From an uncultured candidate division Zixibacteria bacterium (GTDB taxonomy: Bacteria > Zixibacteria > MSB-5A5 > GN15 > FEB-12), in NCBI GenBank assembly GCA_963806185.1, contig CAWDXE010000006.1:9095-73094 (forward strand): a DNA stretch of 64,000 nt, in the 5' to 3' direction. Positions 26,662-36,427 of the stretch are shown here, one piece after another. The notes beneath the pieces are model-generated. The model was not told the DNA's origin. It saw only the letters and a list, made by a program, of their open reading frames with translations, and did no database searches. Each line of letters begins with the position of its first letter. The stretch's first letter is position 1. Position numbers and translations under genes: made by a program.

Positions 26662-27215
26662 TCTTCCGATTGACCTTCGACCGTGAGTGGATAGGATTCC
26701 TCGACCTGATATATCGCACCACTGCTTGACAGCATGCTCGAATATAGGCAAAACTCGTTCACCCGGAAAGGGAGCGATTCATACAGGTTGTACTCGATAA
26801 TATACCGGGCGAGGCGCGGGACATTGACGTCGCGAAGTCGGGCGATCGCTACATGCGGGGCGAATTTGCGACGGTCGCGCTCGATGCCGATATGCGAGAG
26901 CGTGGATTCGATTTTATTGCGCAGGGCAATCAGCGGCTCGGACTTTTGCACGCCCACCCAGATCACTTCCGGCCTACCTTTCGGCGGGAAATGACCGACC
27001 CCTTTGAGGGTTAATTCAAACGGCGCGCGGCGGATTTCACCGAGCGCGGCCATGATGTCCTCAAAAACGCCCCCGTCGACCTCGCCTATGAAGCGCAGGG
27101 TGAGATGCATTTGCACGGGCGTGAGCCAGCGCGCGCCGGGCACGCCGCCGCTGAGACGGGTGAGTTGTTCCTTGATATGCGTAGGTAGATCTATGGCGAC
27201 AAAGAGGCGGTACAT
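26658..27215 (-). CDS. thpR: RNA 2',3'-cyclic phosphodiesterase (2H family, ThpR/LigT)
   Basis: 185 aa. [11 protein letters not shown] start and two 2H-type motifs, HLTLRF and HVAIAR. Confidence 0.85.
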   Translation of the reverse strand: MYRLFVAIDLPTHIKEQLTRLSGGVPGARWLTPVQMHLTLRFIGEVDGGVFEDIMAALGEIRRAPFELTLKGVGHFPPKGRPEVIWVGVQKSEPLIALRNKIESTLSHIGIERDRRKFAPHVAIARLRDVNVPRLARYIIEYNLYESLPFRVNEFCLYSSMLSSSGAIYQVEESYPLTVEGQSEE

Positions 27216-27347
27216 AGCGCAGTTTCTCCAGCCGACAAGATAGGACTTGTAGGCGCGGAGTCAAACATCGTTGATTACACGAAATGGCGGATTGGGCCGT
27301 CGATGGATTAAGGGCGGTACCAAGTATAGTCGGGTGGTAGTCCGATC

Positions 27348-27992
27348 ATGAAACAGCGATTTCTTGTGTGCACAGTTGTTCTGCTAGCCTCAGGGGCTTG
27401 GCAATGCGCTCATTTGGGCCCGCTTCATCAATCGAACGTGAGGCAGCGGGTCGCCATCGGCGAAGGTAATGTGGTTGGGCACATATCAACTGGCTCACCG
27501 GAGATTCCAGTCGTTGGCGCTGTTGTCCAATTAACTGACGATTCTTCGCGTATTACAGCATCTGACCAGACAGGCGACTTCATCTTTACATCCATCCCCC
27601 CAGGACGCTATTCGCTTTCGATCTCACACCCAGAATACCAGGAGCGATTTTTCGAAGATGTAATCGTCAAAGCATCTTTAACAACAGAGTTGCGGACGGT
27701 GCTTCAGTTGACAAATCCAGAGAATTTCGGCCAAATCTCGGGGAGTATTTTCGACTCTGTGGCTAACGAGACGATTGTCGGGGCTGTTGTCACCGTGGAG
27801 AACACCATGCTCAGCACCCGCTCGGATCTCCGCGGCAAGTTTATGTTACAACAGGTTCCGGTCGGGATTCATTCGCTCACTGTAACTCATCCAGAATTCC
27901 TGACTCAGACGATTGATTCAGTCTTCGTGCGAAGTGAACAAACGACAAGGGTGGACTGCTACCCCCAACCTAAACCACGGAGACAGGATTAG
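27348..27992 (+). CDS. secreted protein with two carboxypeptidase-regulatory-like (CarboxypepD_reg) domains
   Basis: Signal peptide MKQRFLVCTVVLLASGAWQCA. Two repeats of the G.V.D....PV.GA.V......T.SD..G.F.....P.G.Y.L....H..F pattern. Confidence 0.7.
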   Translation: MKQRFLVCTVVLLASGAWQCAHLGPLHQSNVRQRVAIGEGNVVGHISTGSPEIPVVGAVVQLTDDSSRITASDQTGDFIFTSIPPGRYSLSISHPEYQERFFEDVIVKASLTTELRTVLQLTNPENFGQISGSIFDSVANETIVGAVVTVENTMLSTRSDLRGKFMLQQVPVGIHSLTVTHPEFLTQTIDSVFVRSEQTTRVDCYPQPKPRRQD

Positions 27993-28074
27993 AATTCGAT
28001 TGTCGTACACAACTGAAGTCCGCCGCCTCCACCGACCACCGCCCGTCAGTTCCTCAGATACGTCTGTCGAAAGC

Positions 28075-28554
28075 TTAACCCTTCAGGGCCGTCTCGATCG
28101 CTTTCAGCACCTCGTCTGATTCCGGCTGCGTCTTCGGCTCAAACCGCGCCACTACCTTCCCGTCGCGATCCAATAGGAACTTGCCGAAATTCCACTGAAT
28201 CTCCCCCGGGAACGGTGATTTCTCGGTCAGATACTTGTACAGCGGGTGCTCGTCGTCCCCCTTCACCGAAATCTTGGCCATCATCGGAAAGGAGACATCG
28301 TACGTCGACGTACAAAACTTCAGAATCTCTTCATTGGTGCCCGGCTCCTGCCCGCCGAAATTGTTGGCCGGGAAACCGATGATCACCAGCCCCTTGTCTT
28401 TGTACTTCTGGTACAGCTCTTCCAGCCCGGCATACTGCGGGGTATTGCCGCACTTGCTGGCGACATTCAGGAGCAGGACGACTTTCCCTTTGAAGTCGGA
28501 CAAGGTGGAGTCGTTGCCGTGGATGGTCTTGAACTTAATTGTCGCGGTAGTCAT
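28075..28554 (-). CDS. glutathione peroxidase (Cys type)
   Basis: 159 aa. LLNVASKCGNT with a TGC Cys codon, FPANNFGGQEPG and IQWNFGKFL. Confidence 0.9.
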   Translation of the reverse strand: MTTATIKFKTIHGNDSTLSDFKGKVVLLLNVASKCGNTPQYAGLEELYQKYKDKGLVIIGFPANNFGGQEPGTNEEILKFCTSTYDVSFPMMAKISVKGDDEHPLYKYLTEKSPFPGEIQWNFGKFLLDRDGKVVARFEPKTQPESDEVLKAIETALKG

Positions 28555-28957
28555 CAGCCGTCATCTTGCCCTCCTGTGTGGCCGGGGTCGTCGCATTTTT
28601 TGCGCCGTGTTTGGCATGATCTGCCGTCTGTTCATCCGTGCGCGCCATGGTGGTCGCCGATGCTATCACCAACAACGTCAAAATAATTTTTGCGCGATGC
28701 TTCACTTCAGTTTTTCCCTTTCGCCTTTTGCGCGGTGACTTCCCGGACTGTAAATGGTTAGTTACCAACGATAACAGTGGGAACCCCGGGATAAGTTCCT
28801 GCCACAGCGGGCATTTGTCGCCAATGTGGATACAAATTTCCGCGAAGATTCTTCTTGCATAGCGGCGGGGGCGTCTCTATTTTCCCTGCGAGCTAAAGGC
28901 TGCTACTCGCACCTTACTTCTTTTTTTCTGCGTACTGGCTTACAGTTTGGGTTGGGA

Positions 28958-29554
28958 TTGAAAAACATAGCATTTGTTGTGCTGATGCTGTTGAGTCAGC
29001 CTGTCTGGGCGGCTATCTCGACGGTCACCTCGATTACAGTTCGTTGGACGGCGCCGGGCGACGATGGCAAGACGGGTCGCGCGACGACGTATGATTTGCG
29101 TTATTCGAAAACGCCTATCACCGACGCCAACTGGACCAGCGCCACTCAGGCCGTCAGCGAGCCGCGCCCGGCTACCGCGGGCACTGTCCAGTCGTGCACG
29201 ATCTCAGGCTTGGTGCCTACCACTACCTATTATTTCCGTCTCAAAACAATCGATGACAGGGGGAATGCTTCGAACCTGTCCAACCAGGCCACTGCGGCCA
29301 CCTGTGGCGGAAGCTGCACCGGTGTGGTCGGCAATTGCGATTGTAGTGCTGATGGGTCGGTCGATATCCTCGATCTGTCGGTGCTGACAGCGTATCTCTT
29401 TCAAAACGTACAGCCCACTTGTTGGTGCATCTATGAAGCCAACATCGATAACTCCGCTCCGACCGCCTCGGGGCCGACCATCGACATCAACGATCTGACC
29501 ATGTTTATCGATTACCTCTTCGGTAGGTTCACACCGCTGCAGACTTGTAAGTAG
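28958..29554 (+). CDS. secreted protein: one FN3-like module plus Cys-rich dockerin-like C-terminal double repeat
   Basis: I prefer the TTG at 28958, which gives the signal (M)KNIAFVVLMLLSQPVWA|A. The ORF-track start at 28826 is not signal-like. The FN3-like module is WTAPGDDGKTGRATTYDLRYS...TTYYFRLKT. The tail is GNCDCSADGSVDILDLSVL...TIDINDLTMFIDYLF...TC. Confidence 0.65.
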   Translation: MKNIAFVVLMLLSQPVWAAISTVTSITVRWTAPGDDGKTGRATTYDLRYSKTPITDANWTSATQAVSEPRPATAGTVQSCTISGLVPTTTYYFRLKTIDDRGNASNLSNQATAATCGGSCTGVVGNCDCSADGSVDILDLSVLTAYLFQNVQPTCWCIYEANIDNSAPTASGPTIDINDLTMFIDYLFGRFTPLQTCK

Positions 29555-29803
29555 CTCCTCCTGATTTCTTTCTGCACAATCATCCTTTTTCCGCACAGAT
29601 GAATCTCCTCTCGACGATGGTGCCTGACGATTCGGCCGCTTCCCGCCGTTGACGTTGGGGCACTTAGCAATTCCTCCCTGTTGGGCCCGGCATTTGTATT
29701 AATGCCACCCGATTGTCTCGAAAAGGAGTGGCTTAAAAGGAGATTTCTCCATGGATTATCGCCGAATTTTCTCCAACATGGAAGCTTTCCCCCGATTCAC
29801 GGT

Positions 29804-32059
29804 TTGTCCCGCATATTCACATTGTTAGTGCTTGGCGTCATCTGTGCCTCCACCGTGACGGCGGCGCCCAACTCGGTCGTCCTCACCTGGACGGCTCCGG
29901 GTGATGACGGCAACACCGGCACGGCAACGACCTACGACATCCGGTATTCGACTGCGACGATCACCGCCGCCAACTGGGCCTCGGCGACGCAGGTCACCGG
30001 TGAAACCGCGCCGAAGGTCGCGGGCAGTGCCGAGAGCTTTACCGTCAACAACCTCACCCCGAGCACGACATACTATTTCGCCATCAAGGCAGCCGATGAG
30101 GCCGGCAACTGGTCGACCCTCTCCAACATCATCACCAAGAGCACGACCGCCGAAACCACGCCGCCGTCGGCCGTCGCAAACCTGACCACCAACGCTTCTA
30201 CCAACAGCTCCGTTTCCCTCACCTGGAGTTCACCGGGTGACGACGGCAGCTCCGGTACGGCGACTACCTACGACATCCGGTATTCGACTGCGACGATCAC
30301 CGACGCCAACTGGGCGTCGGCGACTCAGGCAACCGGTGAGACGGCACCAAAGGTCAGCGGCAGCACGGAAACATTTGTAATCACCGGCCTGAACCCGAGT
30401 ACCACCTATTATTTTGCTATCAAGACAGCTGACGAAGTGCCCAACTGGTCGGCTCTCTCCAACGTCACCAGCCGCGCTACTTCCGCCGAGTCCACAGCGC
30501 CGTCGGCCGTAGCCAATCTCGGCGCCGGCAGTGAAACGGTAAGTTCTGTTACGCTTACCTGGACCTCGCCTGGCGATGACGGCAACACCGGCACGGCGAC
30601 CACGTACGATGTCCGCTACTCGACAGCCTCGATCACTGCCGCCAACTTTGCCAGTGCCACCGCGGCGACTGGCGAACCGGCTCCTAAGGTGGCGGGCAGT
30701 GCCGAGACATTTGTCGTCAGCGGCCTCAATTCGAATGCCCTGTACTACTTTGCCGTTAAGACGGCCGATGAAGTTCCGAACTGGTCCAGCATCTCCAACG
30801 TCGTCACTCGCACGACGTTGACGGAAACGACTGCACCGTCGGCGGTGACCTCGCTGGCGACTGTCAGTGTGACGTCGAACGCCGTGACCCTTTCCTGGAC
30901 AGCGCCGGGTGACGACGCCAGTACCGGTACGGCGACCACCTATGACCTTCGTTATTCTACGTCAAATATCACCGCCGGCAATTTTGCCAGTGCCACGCAG
31001 GTGACCGGCGAACCGGCGCCGAAGGCCGCCGGCGGTTCCGAGACCTTCACCGTCACCGGCCTTAGTATCAGTACGACGTATTACTTCGCGCTGAAGACGG
31101 CTGACGAGGTCCCCAACTGGTCGAGCATGTCCAATGTACCTTCAGCGACTACGCAGGGTGACGTCACTCCGCCGTCGCCGATTCTCGACCTTGGCGCGGT
31201 TGAGGGTACGGCCGCAGGTGAAGTGATCCTCGGTTGGACCGCTCCCGGCGATGACGGCAATACCGGCACGGCCCGTTTCTACCTGATAAAGTATGCCACC
31301 GACAGCATCACGCCGGAGTCCTGGGTGACCGCGGACATTTTCAATGATCCGCCGTCCCCGGTACAGGCCGGCGAGCATCAGTCAGTCTCATTGTACGGTC
31401 TGGTGCCGGCGCAAAAGTATTATGTCGCGATGGAGGCGTATGACGAAAACGCCTATCCGTCAGGCATGTCAAACGTCGCGTCGGCCGTGGCCGGCGAGGG
31501 CATTGTAGCTAACTCTGACTCCGGCGAGATCAAGATGGTCTCGCCTGCGAATCAGGTGTTGCACAGTTCCCGCCCGATTCTGAAGATTGAGAATATCGAC
31601 ACGGCCAACACCAATGACTACACCTTTGCCGTGTCCGCCGATTCCACCTTTGAGTCGGTGGTGTCAATGGCCACTGTCGTCGAAGAACTCGGCAGCACAA
31701 CGTGCTGGGAAGTGCCGGTTCGGTTGACTCCGAATCAGCTCTACTTCTGGCGGGTCGACGCCGAGCCGGGCGGCGCCAGTGCCATTGCCTCGTTCATGGT
31801 ACAACCGACCACGCACGTTTACCCCAACCCCTACAAGGCGTCCACTGGGAGCTCGGCGACCTTCGCCGAGGTCCCCACTGGATCGCAGATAACGATCACC
31901 TCGGTCTCCGGCGAAACTGTACGGCAGTTCGCCAGCATCGAAAGCGATCAAGTGGCATGGGATGGATTAAACGACTCGGGCAGTCCGGTTGCGTCGGGTG
32001 TCTATCTCTGGTATCTCGATGGTGGCAGTGCCAAGGGGAAAATTGTCGTCACTCGCTGA
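29804..32059 (+). CDS. secreted protein with five tandem FN3-like modules and T9SS/FlgD-Ig-like C-terminal domain
   Basis: The TTG at 29804 gives (M)SRIFTLLVLGVICASTVTA|AP. The frame is open from 29681. There are five ~112-aa modules W(T/S)(A/S)PGDDG.(T/S)GTAT(T)YD(I/V/L)RYS...YYFA(I/V/L)K. The C-terminal VYPNPY...ITITSVSGETVRQF...AWDGLNDSG.PVASGVYLWYL...GKIVVTR is the Por-tail pattern. Confidence 0.75.
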   Translation: MSRIFTLLVLGVICASTVTAAPNSVVLTWTAPGDDGNTGTATTYDIRYSTATITAANWASATQVTGETAPKVAGSAESFTVNNLTPSTTYYFAIKAADEAGNWSTLSNIITKSTTAETTPPSAVANLTTNASTNSSVSLTWSSPGDDGSSGTATTYDIRYSTATITDANWASATQATGETAPKVSGSTETFVITGLNPSTTYYFAIKTADEVPNWSALSNVTSRATSAESTAPSAVANLGAGSETVSSVTLTWTSPGDDGNTGTATTYDVRYSTASITAANFASATAATGEPAPKVAGSAETFVVSGLNSNALYYFAVKTADEVPNWSSISNVVTRTTLTETTAPSAVTSLATVSVTSNAVTLSWTAPGDDASTGTATTYDLRYSTSNITAGNFASATQVTGEPAPKAAGGSETFTVTGLSISTTYYFALKTADEVPNWSSMSNVPSATTQGDVTPPSPILDLGAVEGTAAGEVILGWTAPGDDGNTGTARFYLIKYATDSITPESWVTADIFNDPPSPVQAGEHQSVSLYGLVPAQKYYVAMEAYDENAYPSGMSNVASAVAGEGIVANSDSGEIKMVSPANQVLHSSRPILKIENIDTANTNDYTFAVSADSTFESVVSMATVVEELGSTTCWEVPVRLTPNQLYFWRVDAEPGGASAIASFMVQPTTHVYPNPYKASTGSSATFAEVPTGSQITITSVSGETVRQFASIESDQVAWDGLNDSGSPVASGVYLWYLDGGSAKGKIVVTR
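29885..31230 (+). repeat. intragenic tandem DNA repeat, 4 units of exactly 336 bp (fifth diverged unit follows to ~31500)
   Basis: The ACCTGG/TCCTGG anchor recurs at 29885, 30221, 30557 and 30893 (period 336). Units 1 and 2 share an identical 37-nt run (acctacgacatccggtattcgactgcgacgatcaccg). Confidence 0.85.
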
Positions 32060-32161
32060 TTCCAACATCTACGTAAGGCCAACGATTACTCGGTCGACCC
32101 TGTGGTCGCGTTTTTCTATTTGTGGGAAGGTCTGAATTCGGAACGGCAGACGCCATCCGCG

Positions 32162-33874
32162 CTATTTCCCCAATAACCGCTTCAACAACCCGAGCATCCT
32201 GGGTCCGGCTATAGTACGGATCGATTGACGTACCATTCCTTTGGCACGCAGCTTCCGCAAGCCGGGGGAGTCCTGAAGATCAATCTCTATGAGCTGGACG
32301 CCGCGCGCGGCGATAGCTTCCCGCAACATCGCCTTGAGACTACCCTCAGCCAGCCGATACCCTGCACCGACCGCTTCGCTGTGCAGTGAGAAATCAGGAT
32401 TGGCCAGGGTCACGGCATGTTCCTGACCGAATTGGCCTACCTGTTGAAGTCGAATCAGCCCCAGATATCCATCGGTGAAAACGCAAACCAGCAGGGGAAT
32501 CTGCTCGCGAACGGCCGTGACCAGCTCCATTGCCGACATCGCCATCCCGCCGTCGCCGATAATCACCACTACGGGACGGTCGGTTGCGGCTAGTTGTGCG
32601 CCGATTGCCGCCGGCAGAGCGAACCCCATCGACTGGAAATCGGTCGGGCAGATCATGCCGCGTGGCGACTTGACTGTGAAATGAGTGCGAGTCAATGCCT
32701 GATGAAAGCCGGAATCGGTAACAACGATCGCGTTATCCGGCAGCAATTCACGCAGGGTGGCAAAAAAGCCGGGCATATCGCCGGGGGTAGTCCCCCGAAT
32801 CGACGGGGACGGGGCCAACAGAGCGAGTTGCTCTTCGTGCAGCCGCTGCTTGAATCTCGCAATTTCATCTGCTGTCCAACCCGTGGCGGCGCCAATCGCT
32901 TCAACCCGCGTCCCGATCGCCGCCAGCGTTTCGCCTGCATCCGCACATATCGTCATCGACGCCGTATAATTGGCGTTGAGGACGTCGCCGGCAGTGTCGA
33001 CATGAATCAACTTGTCCTGCGCGATGGAGAGCTCAAACCCGCCGGTACCGTTGTGAGTGAATTTACATCCCAGCACGACAATGAGGTCGGCTTCGGCCAG
33101 AATAGCGTTGATCGTCTTCCTTCCGCCCCAACTGAAATCATAATAGCAGCTCCGCGCGCCGTCTTCCGGAACTATCCCCCGCCCCGAACAGGTCGTCATC
33201 ACGACGGCGTTTCGCTTGTCGGCGAGGGCGGCGACATGACTCGCGGCGTCGGCGGCGCCCTGCCCGCAGAAAAGCACCAGCTTCGTGGCACTGTTGATTC
33301 GTGTGATTAGTGAATCGCACTCTGACGCCGACGGCTTCGGACGCACGTAGCCGGAGAGAGCCGTGATCTCCCTGCCCGAGCTCGCCGCAATAACCGAGCG
33401 CGATATCTCCACGGTGACAGGGCCCGGTTCGCCGGAGAGGGCCTCCGTGTACCCGGAGACAATGGCGCCGACGAGATCGTCGACGCAGGTTACCTCGATG
33501 AATCGCTTAACGAGCGGCTGAAGCATCTCTCTCTGCTTGAGGGCCTGCAACTGAAATCTGCGGGTGGGATGTTCGTCCGCCTTGATCGTGATATGCAGTA
33601 AGGCCGCGGAATCGTGCCGCGCCTCGGCCAAAGCGGTGATCGCGTAGGTCAGACCGGGACCGGAGATGGTCATGAGCACGCCGACTTTGCCCGACGCACG
33701 ATAGTACCCGTTCGCCATGAAGCCGGCTGAAAGTTCATGCGTCGCGAGAACAAAGCGAAGTGAGGAGCGGCGCAATTCCTCGATCAACCCGACATTCTGC
33801 GTCCCGGGCAGACCGAACAGGGTCGTCACGCCCAGCTTTTCAAGCGTCCTGCAGACTATTGCCCCACCGGTCAT
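32162..33874 (-). CDS. thiamine-diphosphate-dependent enzyme (acetolactate synthase large-subunit-like fold)
   Basis: 570 aa. N-terminal LFGLPGTQNV...HELSAGFMANGY...ISGPGLTY. C-terminal ThDP/Mg motif IIGDGGMAMSAMEL. Confidence 0.85.
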   Translation of the reverse strand: MTGGAIVCRTLEKLGVTTLFGLPGTQNVGLIEELRRSSLRFVLATHELSAGFMANGYYRASGKVGVLMTISGPGLTYAITALAEARHDSAALLHITIKADEHPTRRFQLQALKQREMLQPLVKRFIEVTCVDDLVGAIVSGYTEALSGEPGPVTVEISRSVIAASSGREITALSGYVRPKPSASECDSLITRINSATKLVLFCGQGAADAASHVAALADKRNAVVMTTCSGRGIVPEDGARSCYYDFSWGGRKTINAILAEADLIVVLGCKFTHNGTGGFELSIAQDKLIHVDTAGDVLNANYTASMTICADAGETLAAIGTRVEAIGAATGWTADEIARFKQRLHEEQLALLAPSPSIRGTTPGDMPGFFATLRELLPDNAIVVTDSGFHQALTRTHFTVKSPRGMICPTDFQSMGFALPAAIGAQLAATDRPVVVIIGDGGMAMSAMELVTAVREQIPLLVCVFTDGYLGLIRLQQVGQFGQEHAVTLANPDFSLHSEAVGAGYRLAEGSLKAMLREAIAARGVQLIEIDLQDSPGLRKLRAKGMVRQSIRTIAGPRMLGLLKRLLGK

Positions 33875-33884
33875 GGTTGCACCT

Positions 33885-34931
33885 TCATCGTACTCGTTTC
33901 AGTAATCGTCCCGCCAGAACCTTGCCTTTGTCGACGGCCATCTGTCCGCGATGCATCCAGCGGTAGGCAGCCGAATCGGGGCGGGAGAGCATTGAGTTCA
34001 TCACCAGATCGCCGCCCAATTGCCCTTTGAACTTGCTGACCGGATTCGGAAAAGCATCGGTGAGGTCGTTTCCGGTGTGTCCGAGTTTTGCCAGCGCTTC
34101 GAACGAGCGCCACCGCAGGAACGGGTTCACGCCGATATTGAGAAACTCACCGTCGGCGGCGGCCGACACCGTGTGCGTGACCGGATGGCGGCCGGTCAAC
34201 ACCAATTGCGACGCCACCGCGCGGCCATCGGGCATCCGCGCCTGAAACAGTTTGCAGGTTCCCTGCGCATAAAGCAGGCGGAAATACGATTCGTATTTTT
34301 CGCGAGGCAGATAAATATATGCCCCCTTGCGTTCGGCGGTGGAGGTGTGCATCGCGTAGTAACTGCCAAAGTCATCGTCATCGGTGAAAACGACACCCTT
34401 CTCGGTGGCCCGATTGATCAGTCGCCGGAGATTCTGCTCCACCCGTCCCCAGGCAACCTGCATGTCTGACAGGGACACGACGTAACTGTAGTCGGGGCTG
34501 ATGCGCCAGTTGCGCAGGAAGAACGGTCGAAGATCGGTGACGGTGTGTCGATTGTGCAGCGACAGGCGGGCATATTTCTCACCGCTCAGTACCTCCTCAA
34601 TCGCGGCCAACGCGGCAAACTGACGGTCGGTTCGTTCCGACGGATATTTTGTCGCATAGTCTTTGAGCACGAGGCCGTTATAATAAAGCAGCAAGCGATT
34701 GGCGACAAACACTCCGGCAGGACTTGGCCGCTCGAACAGCGCCACGCCGCCTACCAGTTCGTCACCCTGAAAAGCACCCAGAAGCCGAAACGACCCGCCC
34801 GCCGTCCGACACAAAATGTCGAGATACTCCGGCGTGCTGTAGATACTCCCCGAAGGTGCCGCCGCCACCATGGTGTTCCAGTCGGCATATTCGGACTCGG
34901 TGAGGAAACGGGCGGTCGGCTTGGTGGCCAT
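33885..34931 (-). CDS. FemAB-like / GNAT (Acetyltransf_6, BioF2-like) acyl- or aminoacyl-transferase
   Basis: 348 aa. The two-lobed GNAT pattern typical of FemAB-related proteins in EPS loci (YYAMHTSTAERKG, FLRWRSFEALAKLG). Abuts the ATP-grasp gene with no gap. Confidence 0.7.
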   Translation of the reverse strand: MATKPTARFLTESEYADWNTMVAAAPSGSIYSTPEYLDILCRTAGGSFRLLGAFQGDELVGGVALFERPSPAGVFVANRLLLYYNGLVLKDYATKYPSERTDRQFAALAAIEEVLSGEKYARLSLHNRHTVTDLRPFFLRNWRISPDYSYVVSLSDMQVAWGRVEQNLRRLINRATEKGVVFTDDDDFGSYYAMHTSTAERKGAYIYLPREKYESYFRLLYAQGTCKLFQARMPDGRAVASQLVLTGRHPVTHTVSAAADGEFLNIGVNPFLRWRSFEALAKLGHTGNDLTDAFPNPVSKFKGQLGGDLVMNSMLSRPDSAAYRWMHRGQMAVDKGKVLAGRLLKRVR

Positions 34932-36128
34932 CTAAACGTTCTTCCCTACTATGGGCATTTGCGCCAGCTTATTGATCAGCACGGTGCCGATTTGGCAAAG
35001 CGACGGCAGTGGATCGTCGAGCCGAAACACGGCCGGCCGGGCCGACCACCACGACTTCGCCCAGGCGCCGGCCGACAACTGGTGTTCGCGATGCAGTTTG
35101 CGACAAGCCGGAAAATCATTCAGGAAGAAGGCCATACGGCGATCGACCACGTATTCGGTAATAGTTGAAATGTCCATCTCCAGTGCGTCGCGATAAGCCA
35201 TTTGAGTCGTGTCTACACCGCACCAGGCCGCGAATTCGTTGTACCACCAAGGCCGAGTGTTCACTTCCAGAATCTTGTACAAATTGTCGCGTTCATCCCA
35301 TTTGAATTCCGCGGAAAACACACCCCGATACGGGACGGCGGCGAATATCTTGTCGAGCGAGTCTGACGCCTGTGCCAGTTTCTCAAGCGGAAGCGAAACC
35401 ATGTAAGAACTGTCGCCAAAATCCGGCGGATATATACGCAATCGTCGACGGGCAAATTTCGCCCGGATATTGCCGCCGCGATCAATGAACCCGTCGATGA
35501 AATAGTGCCGGTCGGACGGACCGGGGATATACTTTTGCAGCACCACCGACAGCCCGGCGGCATCAATGTCACTCCATCGCGCCAGCGCATCCTCCCGGTT
35601 GTTCACGCGAAACGCTTTCCGCTTGAAATGGCGGGCAAACGCCTGCGAATCGCGCGGCTTCAGAAATCCGTCCACGAATTGATCATCCGTCAGTTGTTTC
35701 AATGTCTCCGCCGAACTAATAATCACCGTGGTCGGATGAGGTACGTGCAACTTATCCAGAAGAATGGCAAAAGCACCCTTATCGTGGAATAACTCCACGG
35801 ATGCAAGCGGCGGCAAACTGGTAGCAAAGCGTTCCTTAAACGAAACGTCGAGCTGCGCTACCGCACGAACGGCGTGATCAGAGCAGGGGATGAGCACCGC
35901 CCGCGCAATGGGCAATCCATCCAGAAACGAGGCCAGTTCCGACAAATCCTCGAGTTGGCCCAGGTGACGCGGCAGCGGCCGATAGTGGGTGGAGTGCGCT
36001 ACAAAATCGGTCGTGGGCAAAACACAGTGGGCCGTGATGCTCTGGCTGCTCAGACTGCGCAGTACGCCCAGGACGGTCATCCCCTGACCAATGACAAGAG
36101 CCGGTATAGTATAATCGATTCGTTCCAT
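34932..36128 (-). CDS. ATP-grasp carboxylate-amine ligase-like protein (COG3919-like)
   Basis: 398 aa. VVLQKYIPG, FSAEFKWDERDNLYKILEVNTRPW (ATP-grasp Mg/ATP-binding E-x-N motif). Confidence 0.75.
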   Translation of the reverse strand: MERIDYTIPALVIGQGMTVLGVLRSLSSQSITAHCVLPTTDFVAHSTHYRPLPRHLGQLEDLSELASFLDGLPIARAVLIPCSDHAVRAVAQLDVSFKERFATSLPPLASVELFHDKGAFAILLDKLHVPHPTTVIISSAETLKQLTDDQFVDGFLKPRDSQAFARHFKRKAFRVNNREDALARWSDIDAAGLSVVLQKYIPGPSDRHYFIDGFIDRGGNIRAKFARRRLRIYPPDFGDSSYMVSLPLEKLAQASDSLDKIFAAVPYRGVFSAEFKWDERDNLYKILEVNTRPWWYNEFAAWCGVDTTQMAYRDALEMDISTITEYVVDRRMAFFLNDFPACRKLHREHQLSAGAWAKSWWSARPAVFRLDDPLPSLCQIGTVLINKLAQMPIVGKNV

Positions 36129-36427
36129 CTCTTTTCGTCGGATGCCCGTTTCACGGTTTTGGCAAGCGGAAGCAATGCCGTCCAGACGCCTCTGTAGGCC
36201 GACGATGCCTCCTTATATCACACATAGGCGACACCAAGGCAACGTTAATCTTGACGGAGATCAGCCGGCGGCTCTTCACCAAATTCGGCGATATAACTTT
36301 GCCGCTCACTGCAAATCCTGTTGCGATTTATACTATCGACCGATTTCTTGCGGCGGGTAACATCCGACACTGCCGATAACGGTGAAATGAGCGAAAAATG
36401 TATGCCGATTCTTGATTGCGAGCGTAA

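Noticed and set aside
28439-28462. Selenocysteine in the glutathione peroxidase active site
   Set aside because: The active-site codon reads TGC (Cys) in ...GCC AGC AAG TGC GGC..., not TGA. No SECIS-like need arises.
28535-28768. 77-codon ORF upstream of and overlapping the gpx start
   Set aside because: An internal start would give a signal-peptide-like KIILTLLVIASATTMA followed by a short His/Lys/Thr-rich peptide. But there is no convincing RBS, it overlaps gpx by 20 nt and it has no family resemblance. It is kept as unresolved rather than annotated.
28826-28957. ORF-track N-terminal extensions of the two FN3 protein genes (28826-28957 and 29681-29803)
   Set aside because: The extensions are not signal-peptide-like. 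Internal TTG starts give canonical signal peptides immediately before the first FN3 module. The starts remain uncertain.
29885-31230. Regular 336-bp repeats as a possible CRISPR or satellite array
   Set aside because: The repeats are in frame within one long ORF and encode FN3-like protein modules. The period is far larger than CRISPR repeat-spacer units.
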